Below, one piece after another: positions 13,406-25,638 of a DNA stretch of 48,103 nucleotides. The position numbers and the translations under genes are program-made. Origin of the DNA: Nemertoderma westbladi (taxonomy: Eukaryota; Animalia; Xenacoelomorpha); assembly GCA_032718475.1 (NCBI GenBank), contig JAUCBJ010001003.1, positions 1 through 48,103 on the forward strand. Reading direction: 5' to 3'. Under the pieces are notes generated by a model, which was not told the DNA's origin, made no database searches, and worked only from the letters and a program-made list of their open reading frames with translations. The number at the start of each line of letters is the position of its first letter. Positions within the stretch are counted from its first letter, which is position 1.

Positions 13406-13846
13406 GTGAACAGGCATTCCTTTGGGAAACAGAGTGGAAGGGTTTACTGTGGAAGATCTCCCATGGTGGTGAACAGGCATTCCTTTAGGAAACAGAGTGG
13501 AAGGGTTTACTGTGGAAGATCCCCCATGGTGGTGAACAGGCATTCCTTTAGGAAACAGAGTGGAAGGGCTTACTGTGGAAGATCATCCATGGTGGTGAAC
13601 AGGCATTCCTTTAGAAAACAGAGTGGAAGGGTTTACTGTGGAAGATCACCCATGGTGGTGTACAGGCATTCCTTTAGGAAACAGAGTGGAAGGGTTTACT
13701 GTGGAAGATCACCAATGGTGATGAACAGACATTCCTTTATGAAACAGAGTGGAATGGTTTACTGTAGAAGATCACCCATAGTGGTGGTGAACAGGCATTC
13801 CTTTGGGAAACAGAGTGGAAAGGTTTTCTGTGGAAGATTACCCATG
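13406..13846. repeat. 63-bp minisatellite, 7 copies, plus one degenerate unit at 12450-12504
   Basis: Unit GTGAACAGGCATTCCTTTAGGAAACAGAGTGGAAGGGTTTACTGTGGAAGATCCCCCATGGTG. Confidence 0.96.
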
Positions 13847-14001
13847 TAACTCTGTAACCTGTGATATCGTTCTAGTTTATTGTTTTGGTTAGAATAACGT
13901 GCCACTGTAACCTGCTCCTTTCCCTTAATTGATAATTATATATATATTGCTATAAATTGCCTTAGATGGGTTTACGATAATATAATGGTGTAGTACAGTA
14001 C

Positions 14002-16841
14002 TATTGTATAACATAGCATTATATTGGTAGCATTATTGTATAACATAGCATTATATGGATAGCATTATTGTATAACATAGCATTATATGGATAGCATTAT
14101 TGTATATAACATAGGATTATATTGATAGCATTATTGTATAACATAGCATTATATGGATAGCATTATTGTATATAACATAGGATTATATTAATAGCATTAT
14201 TGTATAACATAGCATTATATGGATAGCATTATTGTATAACATAGCATTATATGGATAGCATTATTGTATATAACATAGGATTATATTGATAGCATTATTG
14301 TATAACATAGCATTATATGGATAGCATTATTGTATAACATAGCATTATATGGATAGCATTATTGTATATAACATAGGATTATATTGATAGCATTATTGTA
14401 TAACATAGCATTATATGGATAGCATTATTGTATAACATAGCATTATATGGATAGCATTATTGTATATAACATAGGATTATATTGATAGCATTATTGTATA
14501 ACATAGCATTATATGGATAGCATTATTGTATAACATAGCATTATATGGATAGCATTATTGTATATAACATAGGATTATATTGATAGCATTATTGTATAAC
14601 ATAGCATTATATGGATAGCATTATTGTATAACATAGCATTATTGTATAACATAGCATTATTGTATAACATAGCATTATATGTATAACATAGCATTATATG
14701 GATAGCATTATTATATAACATAACATAGCATTATATGGATAGCATTATTGTATAACATAGCATTATATGGATAGCATTATTGTATATAACATAGGATTAT
14801 ATTGATAGCATTATTGTATAACATAGCATTATATGGATAGCATTATTGTATAACATAGCATTATTGTATAACATAGCATTATTGTATAACATAGCATTAT
14901 ATGTATAACATAGCATTATATGGATAGCATTATTATATAACATAACATAGCATTATATGGATAGCATTATTATATAACATAACATAGCATTATATGGATA
15001 GCATTATTGTATAACATAACATAGCATTATATGGATAGCATTATTATATAACATAACATAGCAATATATGGATAGCATTATTGTATAACATAGGATTATA
15101 TTGGTAGCATTATTGTATAACATAGCATTATATGGATAGCATTATTGTATATAACATAGGATTATATTGATAGCATTATTGTATAACATAGCATTATATG
15201 GATAGTATTATTGTATAACATAGCATTATTGTATAACATAGCATTATATGTATAACATAGCATTATATGGATAGCATTATTGTATATAACATAGGATTAT
15301 ATTGATAGCGTTATTGTATAACATAGCATTATATGGATAGTATTATTGTATAACATAGCATTATTGTATAACATAGCATTATATGTATAACATAGCATTA
15401 TATGGATAGCATTATTATATAACATAACATAGCATTATATGGATAGCATTATTGTATAACATAACATAGCATTATATGGATAGCATTATTATATAACATA
15501 ACATAGCAATATATGGATAGCATTATTGTATAACATAGGATTATATTGGTAGCATTATTGTATAACATAGCATTATATGGATAGCATTATTGTATAACAT
15601 AGCATTATATGGATAGTATTATTGTATAACATAGCATTATTGTATAACATAGCATTATATGTATAACATAGCATTATATGGATAGTATTATTGTATAACA
15701 TAGCATTATTGTATAACATAGCATTATATGTATAACATAGCATTATATGGATAGCATTATTGTATATAACATAGGATTATATTGATAGCATTATTGTATA
15801 ACATAGCATTATATGGATAGTATTATTGTATAACATAGCATTATTGTATAACATAGCATTATATGTATAACATAGCATTATATGGATAGCATTATTGTAT
15901 ATAACATAGGATTATATTGATAGCGTTATTGTATAACATAGCATTATATGGATAGTATTATTGTATAACATAGCATTATTGTATAACATAGCATTATATG
16001 TATAACATAGCATTATATGGATAGCATTATTATATAACATAACATAGCATTATATGGATAGCATTATTGTATAACATAACATAGCATTATATGGATAGCA
16101 TTATTATATAACATAACATAGCAATATATGGATAGCATTATTGTATAACATAGGATTATATTGGTAGCATTATTGTATAACATAGCATTATATGGATAGC
16201 ATTATTGTATAACATAGCATTATATGGATAGTATTATTGTATAACATAGCATTATTGTATAACATAGCATTATATGTATAACATAGCATTATATGGATAG
16301 CATTATTATATAACATAACATAGCATTATATTGATAGCATTATTGTATAACATAACATAGCATTATATGGATAGCATTATTGTATATAACATAGGATTAT
16401 ATTGGTAGCATTATTGTATAACATAGCATTATATGGATAGCATTATTGTATAACATAGCATTATATGGATAGCATTATTGTATATAACATAGGATTATAT
16501 TGGTAGCATTATTGTATAACATAGCATTATATGGATAGCATTATTGTATATAACATAGGATTATATTGATAGCATTATTGTATAACATAGCATTATATGG
16601 ATTGCACTTTTGTATAACATAGCATTATTGTATAACATAGCATTATTGTATAACATAGCATTATATGGATAGCATTATTGTATAACATAACATAGCATTA
16701 TATGGATAGCATTATTGTATATAACATAGGATTATATTGGTAGCATTATTGTATAACATAGCATTATATGGATTGCACTTTTGTATAACATAGCATTATA
16801 TGTATAACATAGCATTATATGGATAGCATTACTGTATAACA
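14002..16841. repeat. 2.8-kb AT-rich satellite built from 18-bp and 14-bp subunits (32/34-bp composite units)
   Basis: TAGCATTATTGTATAACA and TAGCATTATATGGA, with variants. Confidence 0.98.
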
Positions 16842-19617
16842 TTAAATTAACATTTGTTTTATATATTTCTACTAACCCATTTAAGTTTCAACAGGCGGCG
16901 GTTGCGTCATATTAAAGTAGTTAACAATATAATTGATTATATAATTGAATTATAATAGACATCATACATAAATGTTGGTTAATTTAAGATTAAACTAATG
17001 TAAATAAATTAATTATAAAACACGGTAAAGATATAAAGAATGTCTTAAATAAATTTTATTTTATGGTGCAAAATGACCACAAACACTAACTATGTATTTA
17101 GAGTGGGTTTAAAAATAAATAAAAGTAAGACATTAATGGAAAGGAGCAGGTTACAGTGGCGGTGCTTTCTAACCAAACAATAAACTAAATTTCATATGAA
17201 ACAAATTTGCGATGGATATCACTTTTTTTACTTGCAGTCTATGTGACATTGTGCCCCATCATCCGATAAATTTATAATAATATAGTGATGATAAAAAATT
17301 AGAAAGAATATCTTTCAAATATTGAATTTAAAAATATTTAAACAGAGATAGGTGATACCTGCGGGGACATATTTTCAGAAAACAACATTATTTTATATTT
17401 TTTGGGAGTAATCAGCTGTTATTTGCCCCAAATTTACCGCGGAGAGGAATTAATTTTGGTTGTGTCTAGCGTGCACCCTATCAGGCCTTCAGTGTCCCTG
17501 GAAACGGTTTTTAAACTGCTGATTCGCTGCCAATATTTTATGGTATATAAAATATTTCGATATTATTGATATTATATTGAACAATAAGGGAAATTATTTA
17601 GTGGGCGTGGTTTTATAGCCTGTAATAGTCTACATACACTATAGATTGTTAAATAAATTTAATTAATAGAGGGATGATGGTAGTTAATTAGGCCTACTTG
17701 TTTGGGCAATATGTGTATGAGCCCTACCCACACCCATCAATATGCTGGTACTGTAATAGCATTTATAATAGCTAATAGGGAAAGCCAACCCCCAACGACA
17801 CAGTATCAGTATATACTGTAGACTACAGTATTATTGGGTGATTTATTGTCAAAATCATGCCAACATCAGAAATAATGTAGGCCCATTATTTTACTGAAAT
17901 CTTTGAATCTATTTCTTTACGTGTCTCGCTACTCATACGAATGTATGCCGTTGTGTTTTGCCTTATTTTTTCATACAGTTTTGAATAAAAAAGGAGTTGA
18001 GTGTTAAATTACAAAATAAAAAGGCCGAGGCCTACAGTACATATGAGAAACACGTGCACTGCCTCTAAATTTAATACGGAAAATTAAAACTGTAAAATTA
18101 ATGCAACTTTCACAATGTAAAAAGCAGTAAATATTAAGATGATATAAAGTATAAGAAATCATAGTTATTAAAAATGTAATAAAAACAACTACAAAAAGGC
18201 ACCGCCCTATTCTATGAGCCAGATAGTCTGCATATGTTTGGGTAGCATACAAAACTACGGGTGTATCATATTAGCATAATAAAAACTTATTTAAATTACA
18301 TTGAAATTCTTCATGAAATAGCTTTGTTCTCCAGGCGCCCTGTACGGTGGTGATAGCTGACTCATAGCGCCAGTAGGACACAACTTTATTGCACAATGTT
18401 TTGCTCCGGTGGTAAAGCCAGGCAACTCATCCCCGCAGATTCTCGCAAACTCCAATGCAATTAAGTCGACAAACCATCGCTAATCCGGCCGTATAAGAAG
18501 AATTCTTCAGTGAGTCAGTACAGCCCGAAGGTAAACCTAAATCCTCGCTTAATGATGGTATTCAGGGATCCATTGATTAATGTCATTCAAGATTTGGAAT
18601 TCAGGAAATAGTTTATATCCCTGAGCAGAAATCCTATGGCCTTTTCCGTTTCACCTTAATTAATGGACGACTTACTAAGCTGTGCGGTGGAACTTTCTTA
18701 AAGAAAAACGTATTTTACAGAAATTATCCTGTTAAATCGTGTCTCTCTATTACAGTTTAATGCGTTTTAATTTATGCTATTGTTCCAAACGGACTGTCAC
18801 ATACTATAAATCACACATTCGTTTGCCGTAAAACTTTTTGATTTTACATCTCGGTAACATTGTGAAGTTGGAAATAACTGCTAAAAAATAAAAGCAAAAA
18901 ATAAAGTGTATATAAATCATACAAGCTTCTTTGATTAGACGTGTTGAAACTTTAAAGGTAAATTTTACAGGTAATTTTTTATTTTATTAGTAAAGATATG
19001 TTGTACTGACGTTTTAACACAATTATATTAGATCTAACTATCAATATTGTATGCGGAACTGAAGGTAATACATTTTTCTTAAAATATAATATGGCACTTA
19101 TGCCTTAATCCACTTTTACAATAAGATATACGTATATATATACAGTATAACATATATAGTAAATAAACAAATATATATATATATATATATATAAATAATA
19201 TAAATAAATATACAGTATATATATAGGCCTACCCTACATTTGGAAACATTTTCTGTGAAAATAAATAAGCGCAAAATTACCTTTCTTCCAACATTTATCC
19301 AGGTTTTAGTATGTTTGGGTTATATTTTGACGAGAATACCTGATACCCAAAGAGCAGCATGTTTGTTCAAGTTTGATGAAAATTGAGTAAAAACTAAAAA
19401 AAGTAGCAGGGAATTTATTGATAGAAAATTGCAAAGTTCACAAACCGAGAAAAATGTTTTTTTTATAGAAAATTTCGCATAATCAATTTGTAAAATGTGG
19501 CATTTAACACCCGAAAACAACATTAAAACTGATAAGTTCAATTTGGAGTTAGCTTCAGATTAGAGTATCATACATTAATATTTATTGTTCAAACATGAGG
19601 TAAAAACAAGACATACT

Positions 19618-19856
19618 CAGGGTTGCTACTCGAGTTCAGTTTCAATTTTCCCTGACTTTTTGAAAAATTTCCCCGACTGCAGGTACACAACATTTTTATA
19701 GAATAGTTGCTTATTATATTCAAACATTGTTACGAGTTAAGCGATTAGAGTGCCCGCTATATATTTAGTGATGTGAAGGAATCGAAAGTCGAGCGAAGCG
19801 AGCAGAGAAAATTTTTCACATTTTCGCTTTATATGACACATTCCCTGACATTCCCT
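19618..19856. mobile_element. Possible truncated hAT-like MITE end
   Basis: Starts CAGGGTTGCTAC with repeated TTCCCTGAC subterminal motifs; no partner TIR found. Confidence 0.3.
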
Positions 19857-20671
19857 TTAAGACGAAGCTAAGTTAATGCAGAGGCCTAAACTAACTACTG
19901 TACAAGCAATCGTGAACTAGGAAGCAGGGCCACAAACTTTAGCCAATCGCTTTGCTTTGTATTGATATTATCAATGGGCGTGTGTGAATATAATACTGTA
20001 CAAGATTGAAATGCAATATCATATTATAATAAGAATGTAAATTTGAGACCAATGACGGCATGTATTACCTGGCTCACCAGTTGTTGTTTAGATGTTCATA
20101 TTTACAAATCTACCCTTTAAGGTATTCATTTGATGCATAATTTATTAATGGATTTATTATAAATTATATGTGATTCGTGTAGAAGTTACAATAACTAAGA
20201 GAAACTGCAACTATCGTGGCTCAACCGACATAACTAATTATTCAGAAACACCACAAGATGGCGTCTCTAACGGCGGTACTTACACTGAAAGTTTTAATCA
20301 CCAACCAAAGGTTATTACAGAAATTACCGCTAGGTGGCATTGTGATCCAGCCCCGAAAAAGGTAAAATATTATTTGGCCTTGGAATATTAATATAATGTC
20401 GATTTATTAATAATAATAATATACATATATAAATTAAGTACTAGGAAATATAATACACCATTAAAGTTAAAATATATATTTGTTAAATAGTATAAAATAA
20501 CTTAAACTACTAAGGTAACACAGATAAATAAATAGGCCTACAACTGCCAGGATGGTTTGTACGAGTTAATGAAAATAATTAGTTAACTTCCATTAAAACA
20601 GTCAAGATAATTAATTTAGCTTAACTCGCGAGAAACTAGTTAATTATACGTATGTATGAGTTAGGTTAACT

Positions 20672-21137
20672 CAGTAGTTCCAGTACTCCTCTATGGGAGT
20701 CCATGCTGGGCTCTAACTGCTGAGGACACCAAATCTATGGATGGCACATTCACAAGAATGCTACGCCGGGTTCATTGTGTCAAGTACAATGCACACATCT
20801 CTTACCAGACACTATATAACATTGGAGGTGTCTCATTGGTTCCCCCAAGCTTGACACTAGAACAAAATCGCCTCCGCTTTGCAGGACATTGCTTTCGCCA
20901 TGAGGACCAGCCAGTGCATAATGTTGTACTTTGGCAGCCTCATGGAGTGAATAAGCATGGTGGACAGCCCATGACTTTCTTGAGACGCATCTTAAAGGAC
21001 ACTGGCCTTAAAGATGCGGATGATCTAGCAAATGTCATGGGTGATAGGGAGTTGTGGCGGTGCAATTTTGTTGAAAAGCCGGCACAGCATTCTTAAAAAT
21101 GCAGTTGCAATGCACACGTCAATCCTAGTAGTAGTAG
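20672..21137 (+). mobile_element. RTE LINE 3' fragment, copy 2
   Basis: Near-identical to about 12943-13405; same stop and (TAG)n tail. Confidence 0.92.
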
Positions 21138-22184
21138 TTATTTTCTAACCAAAACAATAAACGAAACTTTATTTCACTTGCGATAATTGTGCGCCACTAT
21201 CTGCTTTTCCCTTATTTATTGATAATAAATATTAGTCTAAATAAATAATGATTTTACTGTTAAAATTTCGTGAAAAAAACGACTATTTTTAATAGGTCGA
21301 TTAATGAACGCCATTCCAAACCCCTGTAAAGGTAAATAATTAACTAGAACATCGCGAAATCTAACCAAAATTTACTTAAATTTAAATTTACTGAAAAACC
21401 ACTAAATTCTGTCACTAAATTTCATTGAGTAAAAAAGTTCTTCATAAGCAAATGCGGCGTTATGATGATGTGATTTCGGAATAAAAAATAATATAAAAAC
21501 AGAAACTCACAACTAATAATAATAAATGTTAGTTCAGTGTTACTGCGACAATAACCCAAATAGTTTACAACTATAAACCAAAACCAATAAGTTATAGTTC
21601 TAAACAACAAAATATAATGATAAATAGTTAGTATAAATATTGGAAATATATATTTAAAATTTTGTTGATATTAAAACAACTCGAATTCACCCAAAAATAA
21701 TTCCTAACTGATTATTCTTATAATATTATTTTATAATTTAAAGTCGTAATCAACTAATCAATGGGACCTACGGTGGAATGGTGGGACAATGGTGGAATTT
21801 CACAGATCTATAATAAATATAATAAATAACAATTCGTAATTAAATTAAAACTAATTATTACTAAGTACTAAGTCTAGAGGTTGTATATATTACTAAATAA
21901 ATGTTTAACTTATTTCCATAACATGCGACCCTAAATATCAGCCATATATAACTACCTATAACCACCATAACAGATTATTATATCGAACTAAAAGTCAAAA
22001 AATATAACAACATTTAGACGAAACGCAAATAAAATATACAATTTCTTAAAACAAGGAAACTGTTTGTTAAATAAACACAAAATTAAATAAATTAAAATTA
22101 AAATATGTCAATAAAAATTCCCTTTTATATAAATGTGTTAAATAATTATTATCCAACCACTTTATCCAATCCGACAGTTCACTG

Positions 22185-22512
22185 CCCCCCCCCCCCCCCC
22201 CCCCCGCCCCACCAATACCTCTCCCCGGTCCATGACCCCACCCCACCCCCCCTCAAACCGCCTCCCTCCCCCCCCACACACCGCCCCCTCCCCCCTTTCC
22301 CCCCCACACACCGCCCCCTCCCCCTTCCACCCACACACCGCCCCCCTCCCCCTCCCCCCACACACCACGCCCCCTCCCCCTTCCCCCCACACACCGCCCC
22401 CTCCCCCTTCCACCCACACACCGCCCCCTCCCCTTTCCCCCCACACACCGCCCCCTCCCCCTTCCACCCACACACCGCCCCCTCCCCTTTCCCCCCTCAC
22501 ACCGTCCCCCCG
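22185..22512. repeat. C-rich (G-rich on the mRNA strand) ~26-bp repeat array and C-run in the acid phosphatase 3' UTR
   Basis: Unit approximately CCCCACACACCGCCCCCTCCCCTTTC. Confidence 0.9.
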
Positions 22513-23259
22513 TACGCATTCACTGAGCCCCCCGTAGCCACCGGTTCCTCACCCCCACCCCCCACTCTCTCGTACTCCCCGTACCGACCCGTCGCCAACA
22601 CCTTCCGATTGGGCCGCGGGGGTCGCAGACACACGCAGACAACGACCCCGAGCAGCACCATGGCGACGAGCGACGCCGCGATAATCCCGACGACGTAGGC
22701 GACGTACGAGAGCGGAAGCAACGAACCCGAAACCGCGCACTCCTTGCGAACATCGGCGGGAACAAACGGATGCGTTCGATTGATAAACAACGGGAGCGGA
22801 CAGACGTGGGGGCAGCCGGGAACGGCGAGCGGAACCGGCGGGGAAGTCGAGGAGTTCCGGTAGAACAACCGCACCGAGTAATCGTCTGAGTTGTTCGTGG
22901 CGATCTCGTTTCGTCTCCACAACTCCATGAGAACGGCGGCGGCGTACGGCGGTTGGAGTTCGTTGTAGGCGCGCAGCGCGGCTAGAAGGGGCGCAACCGT
23001 CGTATCGTGCGCCGAATAAAGATGGAGTTTACAGTCGGACGAACCGGCGGCGGCGGCGACGTGCCGCTCGGCGTTGGAGATCCAGGCGCCTAGCAACGGG
23101 CCGCCCAACAGTCGGCTGGCTTCCTTGTCCCGGAGTTGGACGGCCAGACGCCATTGGTAGAGTTGGAAGAGTCTGGGAATGGTGGTCGGGTCCTCTGTAG
23201 TCCAACTAGGGAGACTCAGGTTGTGAGACCTCCAGCAATAAAGATTATCCGCTATAAAT
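22497..23259 (-). CDS. ACP2: Lysosomal acid phosphatase-like, coding exon 3 of 3. Join (-) 26011-25639,24124-23869,23259-22497 = 1392 nt, 463 aa
   Basis: CCTTCAG acceptor; DNLYC..HNLSLPSW, YSAHDTT catalytic HD motif, QPPYAA, GCPHVCPL, TM segment, cytosolic YERV (YxxPhi). Confidence 0.92.
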
Positions 23260-23381
23260 CTGAAGGATATAAAGTTATTTGGTTAAAAATCGGAGAAAAT
23301 TTATGTGACAAACTTTATAATCTTATAAATTAAATTAAAATCACCATGTATTCAATGACTATACTAAAGGTTCACCGTATC

Positions 23382-23885
23382 AATCTAACTCTACCCTAAC
23401 CTGTAACAATCTAACTCTATCCTAACCCGTAACAATCTAACTCTATCCTAACCCGTAACAATCTAACTCTATCCTAACCTGTAACAATCTAACTCTATCC
23501 TAACCTGTAACAATCTAACTCTATCCTAACCTGTAACAATCTAACTATATCCTAACCTGTAACAATCTAACTCTATCCTAACCTGTAACAATCTAACTAT
23601 ATCCTAACCTGTAACAATCTAACTATATCCTAACCTGTAACAATCTAACTATATCCTAACCTGTAACAATCTAACTATATCCTAACCTGTAACAATCTAA
23701 CTATATCCTAACCTGTAACAATCTAACTCTATCCTAACCTGTAACAATCTAACTCTATCCTAACCCGTAACAATCTAACTCTATCCTAACCTGTAACAAT
23801 CTAACTCTATCCTAACCTGTAACAATCTAACTCTATCCTAACCTGTAACAATCTAACTATATCCTAACCTGTAACAATCTAACTC
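23382..23885. repeat. 26-bp minisatellite, about 19 copies, spanning the ACP2 exon 2 / intron 2 junction
   Basis: Unit on - strand GAGTTAGATTGTTACAG|GTTAGGATA. Confidence 0.97.
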
Positions 23886-24124
23886 ATTAAGGACTTCCCC
23901 GCTGTCCATGGTGCAGTTATAGGGACCGATATTATCCCGCACGAGGTTTAATAGATCGCGACTCTCGTTGAGTTTCTCTTTAAACTCGTCGGTTTTTCGG
24001 AAGGCGTCGTCGATTTGGCGGCGTTTCGCGCAGTTATCGAACCCCCTGAGGAGGTAGTCCGGTTCGTGTGTAGTAAATACGGGGATAGGTTGCCAGGACA
24101 ACGAGGGGTCAAACTGTTGCCGAT
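23869..24124 (-). CDS. ACP2: Acid phosphatase coding exon 2
   Basis: TTTTTTGTTAG acceptor; FDPSLSWQPIPVFT..DYLL..NC motif; AG|GTTAGG donor gives phase 2, matching exon 3. Confidence 0.9.
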
Positions 24125-24325
24125 CTAACAAAAAAAGGTTAATAAATAAATAGGCCTAATAATAAATTACAGATAAGGAGGAGGGGGGGGGGACTCTAGA
24201 CGCAAATAACAGCTGATTATTCTTAAAAATAAAACTGTAACCTGTTCTATTGACTTTAGTTTATTGTTTTGTTTAGAATAACGTGCCACTGTAAACTTTT
24301 TTTTACCATGGAAAGAAAGATTTTT

Positions 24326-24534
24326 ACCATGGCGACCCGAAGGCTCCTCTTTCGATAGCTGCTACCCGAGGGTAGGGGTGGGCGCTACTCCTATCCCATG
24401 ATTTGCTCCCAGTTATTTAACTGGTACTCATTTTATCGACCCTAGTGGATGAAAGGCTGAGTGGACCCTGGCGGGGCTGAACCTACAACCAATAGATTGC
24501 AGGCCCGGCGCTCTACCAACTGAGCTACCCCGCC
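24326..24534 (-). mobile_element. tRNA-derived SINE with conserved central core
   Basis: Head GGCGGGGTAGCTCAGTTGGTAGAGCG (A box), GGTTCAGCCCC (degenerate B box), core ACTCAGCCTTTCATCC..GGTCGATAAAATGAGTACCAG. Confidence 0.8.
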
Positions 24535-24537
24535 TTT

Positions 24538-25444
24538 CCTTAGATCATCATAATGATGATGGGGTGATGATAACTCCACCTACTGGCTCCAGAAGTCGAG
24601 GAAATCCTGCCAAGTACCTAACTGATCTAGACTTTGCTGACTTAGGAGTACTCTCAGAATCATTAGAGGGAGCCCAACGGCTCCTCGGCTCATTAGAACA
24701 TGCTGCTTCTAAAGTTGGTCTTTTTATTAACTCCAGAAAGACCAAAATTTTGACAGTTAACTTTGAAAGTCCTCAGCAAGTCTCTGATCGGATGAGCATA
24801 AGCTCAAAAGATGGTATGCTTGAGCATGTGGATGACTTCTGTTACCTGGGATCATGGATCCGGAAGTCAGGTGAGGACCTTCGAATACGTAAGGGAAAGG
24901 CATGGGCAGCCTTAAATAGGCTTTCCAGGATTTGGAAGTCAACGAGAATTAATCGGAAACTTAAGGTCCGGTTATTTAGAGCAGCAGTAGTTCCAGTACT
25001 CCTCTACGGGAGTCCATGCTGGGCTCTAACTGCTGAGGACACCAAATCTCTGGATGGCACATTCACAAGAATGCTACACTGGGTTCATTGTGTCAAGTAC
25101 AATGCACACATCTCCAACCAGACACTATATAACATTGGAGGTGTCTCATTGGTTCCTCCAAGCTAGACACTAGAACAAAATCGCCTCCGCTTTGCAGGAC
25201 GTTCTTTCGCCGTGAGGACCAGCCAGTGCATAATCTTGTACTTTGGCAGCCTAATGGAGTGAATAAGCATGGTGGACAGCCCATGACTTTCTTGAGACGT
25301 ATCTTAAAGGACATTGGCCTTGAAGATGCGGATGATCTAGCAAATGTCATGGGTGATAGGGAGTTGTGGCGGTGCAATTTTGACGATAAGCCGGCACAGC
25401 ATTCTTAAAAATGCAGCTGCAATGCAGCATGCCGATCCTAGTAG
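24538..25444 (+). mobile_element. RTE LINE 3' fragment, copy 3, inserted at the SINE 5' end in ACP2 intron 1
   Basis: Same RT motifs as copy 1; TSD TACCCCGCCTTT at 24526-24537 and 25445-25456. Confidence 0.93.
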
Positions 25445-25638
25445 TACCCCGCCTTTAAAAAGTATATACATACACTCTTTATTAAATTCTTTAATCTCTC
25501 TATTGCGTCCGTTCAACATTATTCTAAATAATTATACTATATTATAATATAATGTTGAGATCGATTAATTTCTTTTTTTTGCTGACAGGTCTCCCCAGTC
25601 TGACCGGTAACGTCTACCGGTAGCTGTAAACAACTTAC

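Noticed and set aside
13406-13849. 147-aa repetitive ORF, or a CRISPR-like array
   Set aside because: Head-to-tail 63-bp units with no unique spacers, no cas genes, and a eukaryotic context. The same applies to all other arrays here.
13878-13910. RAG RSS-like arrangement (TACAGTG, 12-13 nt, ACCAAAACA) in the dispersed module
   Set aside because: It lacks the essential CAC, homology continues beyond the heptamer, and no RAG/Transib ORF is present; probably coincidental.
18330-18700. GC-richer islands here and at about 1830-2100 and 11300-11560
   Set aside because: No ORF, TIR pair or RNA-gene motif that I can support; probably old TE debris.
22105-22698. Proline-rich extensin-like ORF and glycine-rich antisense ORFs
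   Set aside because: Translations of the C/G-rich 3' UTR repeat, overlapping ACP2 on the opposite strand.
24462-24534. tRNA-Cys(GCA)-like gene
   Set aside because: The acceptor and T stems pair poorly, the B box is degenerate, and it runs directly into a SINE core, so it is a SINE head.
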